Shown here one piece after another: positions 49,498 through 62,393 of a stretch of DNA of 64,000 bases. The notes under the pieces are model-generated. The model worked only from the letters and a program-made list of their open reading frames with translations, was not told where the DNA came from and searched no databases. Each line of letters opens with the position of its first letter. Position 1 is the stretch's first letter. A program made the translations under genes and the position numbers. This DNA is from Oopsacas minuta (taxonomy: Eukaryota; Animalia; Porifera). The DNA is taken from the NCBI GenBank assembly GCA_024704765.1, contig JAKMXF010000111.1, positions 359,113 through 423,112 of the forward strand, written 5' to 3'.

Positions 49498-50382
49498 CTT
49501 TAGAAGCTAATATAGCAGGGATATGGGAGAGACCTGACAAAACAAATACTAACGATAATACAATCAATTTTGATGTTTTCACTGTAGCCAATGTTGGTTG
49601 TACAAATTTTATGCTGATGATAGAAACGGAGAATTAACTATACAGATTGTCATTTCTGGTACAGGTAAATATTGTATATATCACGTCTGTAAGTATGTAC
49701 GTCAATAAATATTGTGGAATCCGCCTATTAGCTACTATTTTCATCGACATGGTCATAAAGTGATGGTTTGTATGGTAATTTGTGTGTATAATAGAAAATT
49801 GCTTAATAATAGAACAGAGCTTAGAGAAAAAGTATTGGCTATACAACTAGATATATCTGTCGATCACGGTTGAAGATTTATGATCGTAATGAAGAATAAC
49901 CCAAATAAGTTATTACTTCGTTTTCTGCATTTCCGACAATTTCGATATTTTTACACCGTGATGACGTCATAAAATCACACATCTTGCAGACCGTATTCGG
50001 TTGAACTAATGTAAATTGAAAAAAGTATTGATATACAATATTTCTTCCAGGTAGTAACTTTGCTGAAATGACGTCATCAGGAGTATACAACTTACTCTCT
50101 GGTTATGAAGTGTTCTATACTGATACTACATTAATTTGTACTACAAGTGATACAACTGTACCTCAATGGAGTTATGTAGGAATTCCAAGTGGTAACAATG
50201 CATCATTAGGCATATGGAATTCTGATACAGGGATAAGTACATTGAATATACAAACAACAGCATAGGGATATTTTACATATATTGTAGGAGCGACCTACGC
50301 CATCACTGCATCTGTATTTGATCCTAGTATTACAACAGGTAAGATAGAAATAGAATGTGTATTAGTAAAATGAGTATTTGAT

Positions 50383-50631
50383 CAGAGATGGAACTGGTTG
50401 GCATTTTTATGACCCGACCCGACTGGCCTGTCAACCGATTGTCCGATCAATCTTATGCAACACTAAATAATAATGAATGAGCATAAATCTTATTAATCAT
50501 GTTATATTATATTATGAATCACTTCAATAACGAAAATAGACCTCATTACAAGTGTTATAAGCCTTATTTAAGTTATTTCGAGTATCAAATTAGTTCAACC
50601 GGTCGGTGAACCTTGGCCGGTTCCATCTTTA
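50383..50631. mobile_element. hAT-type MITE (~250 bp)
   Basis: TIRs CAGAGATGGAACTGG / CCGGTTCCATCTTTA; TSD TATTTGAT/TATTTGAA. Confidence 0.7.
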
Positions 50632-51149
50632 TATTTGAACATATTCATGTGTAATTAGTTGTGAAGCAAGGAGGAAATACTCATACTCATACTCTAAGGA
50701 AGTAGATTCTTCAGATATACAACTGTTATGTACAAATGCTATGGACAGAGCATTACCTGATATGAAATGGAGTTCTTTTGAGAATCCTGTAGTTCTCAAT
50801 AATGTACCAAACCAAGAATATGATACATTTGAATGTAAATTAGGATCTGGTGTTATACTAAGTGTAGATCTATTAGTACAAGGTGAGTACCTGTATTTTA
50901 CTTTCAATAAACTTTGAATGTATTATTCCAAAATTGGTTGGTTTCAATAGGTCCATCGGAGATAATATTATTCTCTACACCGGTGTCAGAGGGGCAGTGG
51001 TCCCCCGGGTGAGCTGTCCCCCCGGACTTGTGGCACTAGGGTCAGTAGTCCTCCTTTTGGGTCAGAAGTCCCCTTTCGGCACTAGGGTTAGTAGTCCTCG
51101 GGTTGTATGTAGAAAATACCAAATTAGTAAATACAAGTGATACTTTATT

Positions 51150-51321
51150 GGGAGTACTTATATAAAGCTGAGCTATAGTAGAGCACAGTTTTTTGTCTAA
51201 TAGAAAATCAGAAAACCGGAAGGTGTTAGTCAAAGTCGGGAGGTGTTAGTTCAAAACCAATAAAAATTCAATAGAGAAAAAACTGTGCTCTAGTAGAGCT
51301 GAGCTATATATAAGTAACCTC
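51150..51321. mobile_element. Mutator-like MITE nested in the Ginger element
   Basis: Perfect 9-bp TSD TACTTTATT (51141-51149 / 51322-51330); inverted arms of about 45 bp (TACTTATATA.AGCT.AGCT.TA.TAGAGCACAGTTTTTT). Confidence 0.8.
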
Positions 51322-51489
51322 TACTTTATTATACTTGTAGATGTTGCATATACCACAGAGTGATTTACGTGACAAATTTATATTGGAACTTACGATAACA
51401 TTCAAAAACTCATTGGTTGAGTATATATTAGTATACATTTGAAGTTATACTGTAATTTCTCAATTTTCTTGCATTTGATTATCTACAAT

Positions 51490-54074
51490 ATGTTTGAAGT
51501 TTTGTATGATCAGATATACGAATATTCAGCTTTTAAACGCTATCCTTTAAATTCTTCCAAAAACGAACGCCGAATTATTCGTCGGAAAAGTTATGAACAT
51601 TTCTTCACAGCTGATGGCCTGTTGCACTACTCTGCAGTTAGCACTACGAAAGCACTAAAATCAGCCAACCCATTAGATAGAACATGGAGAACCGTTGTAC
51701 GTTCATGCGATGAGGGAGAAAGGGTTTTAGAATCTTGCCATTCCAGTGACTTTGGTGAGTATATTAGTAATTCATTTACAACAATGTAATAGAACTATAA
51801 TTTCTTCCATAGAAGTAATTTCTTTTACAGTTTAAAATTATCTAGGTGGACATTTTGGGCGAGACAAAACGTACGAAAAAGTTGCAGCCCGTTTTTACTG
51901 GCCTAATATGTACAATGATGTACGTAAATATGTTGCAGCTTGCGACATTTGTCAGAGAGTGAATGAATCTGGAAATTTTATAAAGGCTAAAGCTCCCTTA
52001 CATCCGATAAAAGTTGATCCAGAGGTATGGAAAATGGTACGTTCTTCTGTCGATTTTCATTCGCACCGTTCTAATTTTACATCGATGTCTTTTTAACTTT
52101 TATAGGTGGGAGTTGATTTGATTGGACCACTTACAATGACACCAAGAGGTAATAAATACATTATTACCCTGGTTGATTACTTCTCAAAGTGGCCAGAAGC
52201 AGATGCATTACCAGATAAGAGTGCTAAAGGTGTTGCTCTCTTTCTTTATAAGACTATGTGCCGGTTTGGATGCACTCAGGTAGTTATCAGCGATCAGGGT
52301 AGAGAATTCGTTAACAAAGTGAATCAAGAGCTATTTGATCTAACTAAAACAACTCATAGAATTTCTACCGCCTACCACCCTCAAACAAATGGTTTAGTTG
52401 AGCGATTTAACCAGACCATTCAACGCGCTCTCCTAAAGCTTGTAATAAAAGAACAAGATAATTGGGATATGTACATTGATGGAGTTCTATTTGCATATAG
52501 AACATCTGTACAAAAGACAACAAAAAAATCGCCTTTCGAAATAATGTACCTTCGGTGAGATATTTGTAACTGTTCTATGCTAGAATTTTTAACTCGATTA
52601 CATTCTACAGTGAAGCTATCCTGCCGATTGAGATGGATTTTATGCCTGAATATCTAAATATCCCTGCGGACCCTAACATAGATGCATTTATTTGCCAGAT
52701 GAATAACATAAAGAAGTCGCTTTATGGAAAGGTTGATAAGAATATCCAGGAGGGACAGGAAAAACAGAAGAATGAGTATGATAAAAAACAAAAGCAATCT
52801 AAAGTAAGTCTTCTTAAGAATTATTTAGTATTTACATACCAGTTTATATGTTTTGCTCTAGAATTTTAAACCAGGTACACTAGTTCTCCTTCGAAATAGT
52901 GCTAAGGATGGAAGAAAGGGTGATAAATTTCGAATGCGGTATCTTGGACCATATGAAATTTTTCAAGATATTGGGAAGGGAGTTTACAAGCTTCGCAATT
53001 GTGTAACCGGAATTCTCCTCAAAAAAACTCAGAATATCTCCCGTCTAAAGTTGTACTGCAAGAAGAAATTTCAAATCAGATCGAATCATGTATCAGGCTA
53101 CAGATATTCAAAACAAAGAGCGATGCAAACTGGAATTGTAGAGTCTGAAAACGAACTGTGTGAGAAGGAACCGAAAGAAGAACTTGTCATTTCTGTTGAC
53201 AGAAAAGACAACGTAAGTAATCATTCTATATAAATTTAGGACAATCAACGCAAACAATTCAACCTCAATAATCATGGTTGATACAAAATGGTTTGTGTAG
53301 CTTCTCTTTAGTTTAAAATTTTCATTCTGAACTCTAAATCGAGAAATTATCCGTTAGAATATACACAATTTCATAAAATCACCTGATAGTCCCCCTTACA
53401 CGAATAAAGTCTACCTTCTTTAATAGGAGTCAATAAACGGTACAATATCTTCAAGTCCTCCATCACCATCTCCATTCTGGGTGCACAATCTGTATCTCAG
53501 CCCAACTGATGAGCTAGAAATACTAAATGGACTTTGGCTGACAGATAAACACATTGTTGCGGCTCAAAAATTGTTGAAAAACCAGCACCCACTTACAAAT
53601 GGGCTTGAAGATCCCCTCATGCTTGCAGAAAAGCTTTCATATAAATCAACTTCAATCTCATTTGTCCAGATTGTCAACTTAGGTAGGACACACTGGGTCT
53701 GTGTCTCAAGCTTTAATTGTCTACCTGGAATTGTGGATGTTTATGATAGCATTCCAGCATGTTCTCTGGGTTCGTTATCTTTGAGAAAACAAGTGGCCTC
53801 AATAATTAAAACAACTGAACGCAGTTTTGAACTACATTTTGTTGAAACTCAAAGACAATCAGGGGGAACAGATTGTGGACTATTTTCTATAGCCTTTGCT
53901 ACAGCACTATGCCAAGGCATTGACCCTCATACGTGCTCCTTTGATCAAACTCAGATGAGGATACATCTGCACAGCTGTCTAGAACAATTGAACATGACTC
54001 TGTTCCCTTCTTCAAAAAAGCCACGTCGAAAGTGCACGAAGAGATGGCAGAGAAAGATCGTAGTAGCAAACTGA
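51490..54074 (+). CDS. Spliced Ginger transposase: H2C2 zinc finger, DDE integrase core, GPY/F motif and C-terminal Ulp1-like protease
   Basis: Exons 51490-51754, 51846-52036, 52106-52554, 52611-52803 and 52862 onward join in frame: CHSSDFGGHFGRDKT..CDICQR, GVDLIGP, SDQGREF, QTNGLVERFNQT, REAILPIE, RYLGPYEI. 53481-54074 has THWVCV..VYDS..QRQSGGTDCGLFSIAFA. The junction to the protease exon is not resolved. Confidence 0.82.
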
Positions 54075-54637
54075 GTAGAAATATTTGAATTTGAAATAGG
54101 TTTCACTAGTACAATACAAAGGTATTTAGAAAGTAGATAATATCTTTGGATAAATCCGCACTAGTGCCAGAGGTCCGCTGGGGGACATCTGACCCAAAGT
54201 GGGGACTACTTACCCTAGTGCCAGAGGTCCGGGGGACACTCCACACTAGTGCCATTCGTCGGCGGGACTCCTTGCCCTAGTGCCACTAGTCCGGGGGGAC
54301 AGAATTTAGGGAGGACACATGACACTACCACACCGGATACAGTATATTCTAAGTTGCCTAATGAGATGAATAGAGCTCAAATATTGGCATTATCTCAGGA
54401 TGTTTTGCTGGAAACTGACCTCAAAGGAAGATGGGAAATTGATGGTTCTTCAATCAATAACAGTTAAATCCTATTTAAGCCATTTACTGTAGATATGGGT
54501 GGTTTGTACAAGTACTATGTAATTGGTTGGGGTGGTACAGAAGCTTGGCAATTCAAATTGAGATTTTAACTTCAGGTAAGTGAATAAATTGTAGTAAATA
54601 TTATTATTATATATCAATTTATGCTATATATAATATA

Positions 54638-55971
54638 ACGGGTGAGCACTAAAATTTTAGACATATTTTATAGTTCATCATAACAACGAGATATTTCCAA
54701 ATTCATAAATCTTTGTTCACCAATGCATTATTTGTATATAGATTTCAAATTCAATCCATTTTCGATTATTTTAGAACATAGCATCTGGAGATGGATCATA
54801 TGAAAGTGACACAACGGCGACACATTATTGGACAATTTTTTCTTAAAAATTATGAGCATGGGATTTCTTATACAGTTAAGCATTTTTTGGCGTTTGGAAT
54901 CGCAAGATCTACTACCTACAACATCATTTCTACCATCAAGAATAGAAGAACCCTAAACAGGAAGTTGGGTAGCGGTCACAAGTCTGTCAAAATGCCCAAG
55001 AGGCTCCGGCGATCTCTATTGTGCAAAATTAGCAATAAAATAGGAGTCTCCACCAGAAAAATGACTCGAAAATTCGATATCTCTCAATCATATGTTCGTT
55101 TGATTATCAAAGAGAATGGTGTTACATATCGTAAATATAAGCGAGTCCCAGATAGCAAACCTGAACAAGAATTGAGGGCTAAGTCCAGGTGTCTAAAATT
55201 ACGGAGAGACTTTTTCCCCCATCAAGCACAACTCAAATTGTAATGGATGACGAATCGTATTTCGGACTAAAGGATGACAATATCAATGTCAATAAGGGTT
55301 ATTATATTTCAGAATCTCTCTTAGCCAAGTCTCTGAATCCTAGAATCAGTTATATTCGTAAATCCAAGTACCCACCTAGACTTTAAATTGGTTAGCAATT
55401 TCAAACGAAGGCTTATCGGAGCCATACTTTTGTCCTCGGAATCTTTCAGTTACTGGCGAAATTTACCGAAATCAATGCATAAAAAAGCATCTAATTCCTT
55501 TCTTAGAAAAGTTTCATGATGAGGGTGAACATTACTTCTGGCCTGATCTAGCAAGTAGCCATTATGCGAAAGATACGCTTAAACTTCTTGAAGATCTAAA
55601 TATCCCATATATTCCAAAATCTGCTAACCCTCCTAATACACCTCAATTAAGGCCAATTGAGGATTTCTGGGGCTATTTGAAATCCAAAGTTTATGAAGGT
55701 GGGTGGGAAGCTAAATCCTTCAGAATGTTGAAGCAAAGGATTCGGAAATCAATCAGGCAAGTGGAATTTTCAATTGTCCAAAGGCTATTTTCAAGTGTCA
55801 AGACTAATATCCGAAAATCTGCAGACAATGGCCCATTAGCAGCGATCCATTGAGTTCTAGCTAAATTACAATGTAATTAAACAAATATGATCGAATTATA
55901 CAATGCTCTGTTGATAATTGATACATGCTCAAACAGGATGAAATTTGTCTAATTTTTTAGTGCTCACCCGT
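54638..55971 (+). mobile_element. IS630-Tc1-mariner element, DD37E type, 1334 bp, frameshifted
   Basis: TA|ACGGGTGAGCACTAAAA ... TTTTAGTGCTCACCCGT|TA. Motifs VMDDESYF and WPDLASSH...NPPNTPQLRPIE, with 37 residues between D and E. Confidence 0.92.
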
Positions 55972-56794
55972 TATGCAGTAACACTTGAATCCATTGAAAT
56001 AGTTATAACCCAAAATACTGATAATCCTAGTTCACATACCACAATCACACTCCATAGCAACCAAAAATGGTGCGGTGAGTATCACAATAGTGCTCTTATA
56101 TCTGGCGAATTTCCCTCTGAAGTGGACACAATCTGATACAGTGATAATAAGGTTATCGGTGTAATTACAGTGGCAGATAGGAGGCCCCCTAGAGATTGGA
56201 ATGTTACTGGATGGGTTGTTTGGTATAGAACTGAAACTGTGAGTGGGGAGCTTGATAAGATCAGGAGTGTACCCTTGAGGATCAGGGAAGCTGCTGCTAA
56301 AAACTGAAGGCGAATTATCTCCCTCCATATTGAGCGAGTTTCCTGTGACGGCCAAACATCCACTTCAACAAATCTACTTGATATTTATGGCTAATTACGT
56401 GACGAATTCCTGAATAATGGACATGTAAACAACAACAAATATTCTCCCCATCAGATTTAGAGTATACACAGAGTACTGTAAGCTGATAGTCTATTGGTTG
56501 ATTGTTAAGCCTATCTGAGGCTGTAATTTGATTGGTGAGAAGAAATTAACAGAATTCTATTTTTAGCAAATCAGGTAGGTCTATTAGGGAACAAAAGTGT
56601 CTCTTTGGCCCAATTATATCCCTGGTGGCACGATAGATATGACACAATTAGCACCAGAAGATAGCTACTATTCATTTATGCAATTAGAATTGAACTAAGC
56701 ATATACTAGTCATATTTCTAGAATATGACTAGTAATAAATTTGTATGTACAGAATCTGTATATAAAGATGTTATAATGAATAGTAAATATACAT

Positions 56795-59700
56795 ATGGCA
56801 GAGACACAAACTATTTCAAACCTCTTAGCGTTTAGTATCAAATCCATAATGCTAAATTCATTCCTACCAGGGACGGACTGGCGTACGGGGAGACCGGGAG
56901 ATTTCCCGGTGGGCCGGTGAGCTTCTGACACCCCCTACGCAAAACCTTTCAAACACAATATCAGAACTGGGTCCACACCTGTACCATGTAAATACTGTTG
57001 AGCGATCGAAAATATGGAGATTTTTAGTGTCAGCCCCTAACATTAGTTTTCAATTTAATTATACTATTCAGTTCTCAATTCTTAGATTATTTAATATTAT
57101 TACTCCAAATAACGTTATGGCAGATGGATATAACAAGCAGAAAAGGAAAGGAGGAGCTGAAAAAATTCGGGAAAAAAGAGGTTACAGCTCAAAGATGCTG
57201 CTAATCAACCTGGACAGCAGAGAATTGGATCGAGAACTTCATCTGAATCCAATATACCTGTGAAAATCGGGGTCTGTATTGCTGTAGCTGAGTCCTCAAT
57301 TACCAAAACAGGTAGTGAACAAATACAAAAATGTAGTATAGAATGTCAAGGATCTGATACTGATTCCAGTGGAGAACAGATGGATGACTACACTTCAGAA
57401 GCTCATGTTGCTGTCCCGACTAATGTACTCAGAGCTGAAATCGGGACGACATCATATGAAGATGAATTGACTATGGAGCAATCCCAGGAATATAGGGAAG
57501 AAGCGCATAATGTTGGCTTACCAGAATGTGTAGATGCATATTTCACCAAACCTACAGAAAATGAGAGAAATTCCTTTTTCCATTACCACCCACAAAAACC
57601 ACTTACTAAGATTCCATTCAATCCAGAAAAAGCATAAAAGAGGGGGTGGTTTTTCACGTCATTGGTTAACATATTCTGAATCTAAAGAGGCTTTATTTTG
57701 TTCTGTCTGTCTGGCATTTAGCAAACCGTCTGAGTCCAACAAATTTACTCTTGGAATGAGTACTTGGAAGCATGTTTATCAAAGAATTGAAGAACATGAA
57801 AGTTCTCAATATCACAAGCAAAATATAGATGCTTTCTTAATACGCTCTTCTGAATGTGATATTTCCTTTCTTTTGGTAAGAGACGCTACAAATATACGCA
57901 AATCACAGGTTATTCAAAAACGCAGAGTTATGGAACGAATTATTGATATACTCATGTTCATAGGAAAGCGTGGTCTGAGTTACAGAGGTAATAAGGCTGA
58001 AAGTGCCTTTCTTTTGGATGATCCGTTAATTGATCATAGTAATTTTTTAGAACTTTTATTGTTACTGTCAAAATACGATGAAATACTAAGAGTTCATCTT
58101 GACAAAGTAATATGTAAGAGCAAGAAGAGACACAGTTCGCTTTGTGAAGGTCAAAAAGGCCGTGGATCTCTCATCACCCTTATTTCCAAAACTACGTTAA
58201 ACTATATTCTTGAGACAATCCATCAGTTGCAGCTTGATTTAATAGTTCAAGAAGTGAAAAAGCCGGGATCTACTCCATTCAGATCGATACAACTCAAGAT
58301 ATTACAACTACAGATCAGTGTTCAGTAATTATTCGTTATGTAACTGATCAAGTACATGAATGTCTTCTTGCTTTCGTAGCCAGTAACTCAGGTAAGGGGT
58401 CAAGGTTATTCGAAATGCTTCACACTATTTTGAAAACCAAGAATTTGAAGATTTCTCATTGCGTTTCTGACAATACTGATGGTGCAGCCAACATGGCTGG
58501 ACAATATAATGGCCTCAACGCATGGATAAAACAGGCATCGCCTAATCATATTCATGTATGGTGTTATGCACATGTATTAAATCTGGTCATCACAGAAGCC
58601 ACATCCTCAAATTCAACTTCTATTTCTCTTTTTGGAATACTGAACTCCTGCGCTACTTTTTTCTCTAATTCCTACTTGAGAATGAACGCCTGGAAAGGCA
58701 ATCTCAGTGAATCAAAAGGATCACATAAGCTGAAACGACTTCAGGCAATAGGAACTACTCGTTGGTGGTCAAAAGACAGAGCACTAAAAAATATTTTTTG
58801 GGAATTGGAAAGATCCTTTCAATGCATTATTTGTAAATCTTATTGAAGTTTTGGATTCAATCTCCAAAGCAGCTGAAATGAACGTAAAGGCAAGGTTTGA
58901 TGCTCAGGCATTACTGAGTGGCCTAATAAAATATGAAACAATTTTGGTTGCACATATTTACCTTAGATTATTTCAAGTGACTACTCCACTTTCTGAATAC
59001 CTTCAAACTTCTGGTCTCGACTTCATACAAGCTCAAGGAATGACTGTAACAACTATGGAATCCCTTAGGAGAATGGAAGATGAATTTGAGTCCATTATAC
59101 TTACTGCTAACAAATTCATTGAATCTCAAAATGAAAAGCTAGAATTATTAGACTGTGATATTTTCTTGATAATTCACTTCCTCTTAGAAGATACAGAAAG
59201 AAAAATATAATGCCAGGTGATGAAGCACCGGATGAGTCACCAACTGATGCACTGGAAAGATTTAACATCGAAACTTCTAATGTAATTATAGATACAACTA
59301 TACAAGGTATAGAAAGAAGGTTTCGAATACATGAAGATCTCTATGCTTCGATTTCTTACTTTGATCCTCGCAATTTTAACAAGATAAAGTTACAAAATAC
59401 CTTGCCGGATTCCGCACTAGAAAAGGTGTCTACTTTACTTAAACAACATTTTCCAGAAATCATAGTGGATGATTTAAGAAATGAACTCATTTCTCTTGCT
59501 AATACAGCATTCCAGAAAGTTCTGCCTGAAAACTATCAAACACTAGTTGAAAATGAAAGTGATGATCTGGAAACGGGACACGAAAAGAGCTGCAAGAACT
59601 GTATGACATGTGTTTACACGTGTCTATTAAGATACAATATGTATGTAAGATCATACCCTACACTTTTTGCAGCTTACAAGTTTCTATTGACAATATCAGT

Positions 59701-60456
59701 TACACAAGTTGCATGTGAACGATCGTTCTCTAAATTGAAGCACATCAAAACAAAATATCGCAATCTTCTAACACAAGAACACCCGGAGGGATTCATGATG
59801 ATGTGCGTAGAAAAGGACATTTTAGTCCAAGTAGACCCCAAGAAAATAATCAATCATGTTGCGAATAAAAGTCAGGAATTGTCAAAGCTTTTACAGTTTT
59901 AGGTTTGAAAACATCATATAGAATTTTGTATAAAAAATAAATCTGTTTTTAGTAAAGTGGGCCGGTTTAATAATATTTTCCCGGGCCGAATATTTGAGCC
60001 AGTCCGTCCCTGATTCCTACTCATGCCTCTAGCGGGACTGAACCTTACAGGAGCCATATTATACTTCCTGTATTCAGATTTAGGACATGAAATTCCTTTT
60101 AGAATATCAGCGGGTGTTGTGTGTATTACATTTTTCCTGTTTAGTGTTGTATTCGCTGTCGTAACGCTAATCGGATCGGCGCTTAGATTAATGTATCAAG
60201 ACCATGTGAGGAAGATCGGACTCAAAATGTTGATAGTAGAAAATTCGGTATTGTTTCTATTCTTTGGCGCCAATTTTGTTGTGATGATAGCTGGATTTAT
60301 AGTGGGGGTGTCAGTAATGCCCTGTTGTATATTCCTGTAGCAGTAGCCCCAGGAATATGTTTGTGTCAGTGTGGTCTGTTTGGTTATGGAAGTGTCTATA
60401 TTGGTATGATTTGTAAGAGTTTTTATTGGAAAAGAGATAACAGAAAACCAGCGTGA
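56795..60456 (+). pseudogene. Small multi-pass (about 4 TM) membrane protein gene interrupted by a hAT insertion
   Basis: Removing the element and one TSD joins MAETQTISNLLAFSIKSIMLNSFL in frame to LMPLAGLNLTG.... A probable frameshift near 60310 continues to ...WKRDNRKPA*. Homologous to 62788-63278. Confidence 0.7.
56868..60012 (+). mobile_element. hAT transposon (ZMYM1-like / TTF-zinc-finger type), 3145 bp, fragmented transposase
   Basis: Perfect 15-bp TIR CAGGGACGGACTGGC; TSD ATTCCTAC (56860-56867 / 60013-60020). Motifs FSRHWL.YSE..EALFCSVC, GKRGLSYRG, DNTDGAANMAG, HVWCYAHVLNL, TTRWWS and QVACERSFSKLK. Confidence 0.95.
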
Positions 60457-60909
60457 TTATTGTTTATTGTTTATTCTTGTTGTTTTGTTTGTAGGTAAGT
60501 ATGCTGTTTATAATATTAAAATTAAATTGAATATTCGTTACGTAGCGTATAGCAGTAAGAGATTGTCCTGTAGGCAGAATTATAGGAAATTGCATTGCGA
60601 AATTGTTCTATAATATTCTATATTATTAAAGCATTTTACATCAAATTTCAATGCAAATTAATGGAAGAATTAACCAAATATTAGCACAATTTGAGTACAA
60701 TTATGATAGACCTTTATGACCCCATTGGATTAAATTGGACCCATTAAATATCGGCAATTATTAATGTGTAATTTCAACATATTTAATCCAAAATAGAAAG
60801 TAATGATTAAACTCCACAATTAATCTAATTATCATAAATATTTAGTATGATATAAATTAATACCAATATAATAACAACGAACATAATTCAATAAACACAA
60901 TATTATTTA

Positions 60910-62025
60910 TTAACTGCCTTTGGATAACGGTTGAACTATAACAGGACTGTCTGGAGTATCATAAACAGGACTGTTAGGGTGTTTGGATACAACAGGATCA
61001 GGATCAGGACTGTCTGAATGTACCGAGTCGGCAGCAACAGGGACAGCAGGACTGTCTGGAATATCATAAACAGAACTGTTAGGTTGTTTGGATGCAACAG
61101 GATCAGGATCAGGATCAGGACTGTCTGGAAGTGTTTGTGGTATCAAAGCAGGTATCTCATAATATACCGGTGGTATAACACGTATCTCTACAAGATTATC
61201 TCTCTTAATGTTTTGGTTGGAAAACAATATGTCCTTCTCTAGAAGTGCCGGTTGTATAGCACGTTTCTGTGTATTTGTCGATTTGATAACAGGTGTAGGT
61301 TTCTGTGTATTTGTCGATTTGATAACAGGTGCAGGTTTCTGTGTATTTGTCGATTTGATAACAGGTGCAGGTTTCTGTGTATTTGTCGATTTGATAACAG
61401 GTATAGGTTTCTGTCTATTTGTCGATTTGATAACGGGCGTAGGTTCGTGTGTATTTGTCGATTTTATAACAGGTGTAGGTTTCTGTAGACGTTTATTTTT
61501 TGCTGGGCCTCTAGCAGGTATCTCTGCATATGATGGTAGTTCACTACGTTCAAAAGGCAACTCAGAACGTCTCTTTCGACATTTAATTTTTGTACTGCAC
61601 TGACCCACACAGCATAGACCGAAGCATATCAAAAACAGAATATTTATAATAATCAAACATGGCAGAGCCACCAACGTCCCATAGGTATATAGCGATTTTA
61701 CTTTAGAGGTAAATGTCAATATGAACAGGATGATATCTATCACTAGATGGATAACTACGACTATACTTGTAATTCCCAGACACGCTAAGCTTCCGGTGAT
61801 ATTGTCAGATATTGACATAAGGCACGCACAACAGGAAAGACAAGAAACAACAAAAGGAAGTGGAGTAATTGTAAAATACACAATCTCCGCGATATGGCAA
61901 AACCCTTCATTCTCACCAGTACAATTTGTACCAAGTAGATAAGATAGAGCTGAATAAATATACACAAAAGTGAAAGCTGAACAATACAAACAACATACAA
62001 AAGATATTACGTTTCCGAAGCACAT
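60910..62025 (-). CDS. Multi-TM (about 4 helices, Cys-rich) protein with a repetitive Pro/Thr/Lys cytoplasmic tail and YxxP motifs
   Basis: 371-aa ORF with hydrophobic N-terminal segments, (QKPTPVIKSTNT)x6, (DP)n and the motifs YEIP, YDIP, YDTP. An upstream ATG at 62072 is out of frame. Confidence 0.7.
   Translation of the reverse strand: MCFGNVISFVCCLYCSAFTFVYIYSALSYLLGTNCTGENEGFCHIAEIVYFTITPLPFVVSCLSCCACLMSISDNITGSLACLGITSIVVVIHLVIDIILFILTFTSKVKSLYTYGTLVALPCLIIINILFLICFGLCCVGQCSTKIKCRKRRSELPFERSELPSYAEIPARGPAKNKRLQKPTPVIKSTNTHEPTPVIKSTNRQKPIPVIKSTNTQKPAPVIKSTNTQKPAPVIKSTNTQKPTPVIKSTNTQKRAIQPALLEKDILFSNQNIKRDNLVEIRVIPPVYYEIPALIPQTLPDSPDPDPDPVASKQPNSSVYDIPDSPAVPVAADSVHSDSPDPDPVVSKHPNSPVYDTPDSPVIVQPLSKGS
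61265..61486 (-). repeat. Coding 36-bp tandem repeat, 6 copies
   Basis: The unit TTCTGTGTATTTGTCGATTTGATAACAGGTGTAGGT repeats without spacers. Confidence 0.92.
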
Positions 62026-62361
62026 ATCTTCACCATATACACTGAGATAATATTCCCAAGTTTGAGTTCCATTCTAATATATATTTATGCAATCTGATCT
62101 ACATACTAAACTAAGGAGATGCTTAATATTATATCACACGGATACTCCATGAATTGTTATGAATCATCTCCTGTAGTATATTTATATTCTAGGGGAACTA
62201 AAGTGATAACAAGCTAGCTTCACGAACAGCTCGATTGGCCTAGAGTATACGACCAATTCCATATTCTACTCATAGAATATCTGAGATTCTATCAGTTAGA
62301 AATTATATGTGTACACAAGGAAAGTATTCATAATTATATGCGGGAAATCTAACACAATATT

Positions 62362-62393
<32 letters not shown>
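62362..62393. repeat. (AAC)n microsatellite
   Basis: Directly visible. Confidence 0.95.

Larger units (their letters stand above)
50984..54332 (+). mobile_element. Ginger1-type DNA transposon (Gypsy-like integrase + Ulp1/C48-like protease), 3349 bp
   Basis: CCGG|TGT ... ACA|CCGG (4-bp TSD), with GC-rich imperfect TIRs containing repeated GGCACTAG(G/T)G. No gag, RT or LTRs. Confidence 0.92.
46628..56300 (+). pseudogene. Ig-like receptor pseudogene (gene D) related to genes A and B, disrupted by transposons
   Basis: Signal exon 46628-46694 (MRTEYLFILIVFVLQILSAIGQ|gtaat). Ig exons at 47009-47111 + 49506-about 49650 (split by hAT), 50051-50338 (CAG>TAG in the QGY motif), about 50670-50881, and 50951-50983 + 54337-54575 (split by Ginger, with a stop and a frameshift). 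A further exon follows the tgcag acceptor at 55978, with a weak FN3-like segment (PPRDWNVTGWVVWYR). Confidence 0.7.

Noticed and set aside
50984-54332. Gypsy LTR retrotransposon
   Set aside because: No gag, protease-RT-RNaseH or direct LTRs; it has TIRs, a CCGG TSD and spliceosomal introns.
56032-56355. GRF-type zinc finger ORF (PICHC)
   Set aside because: The remaining Cys/His spacing and the GRxF motif are absent; the plus-strand reading fits the adjacent receptor pseudogene better.
61265-61486. 36-bp repeats as a CRISPR array
   Set aside because: The units abut with no spacers, are in frame in a coding region, and there are no cas genes; the DNA is eukaryotic.
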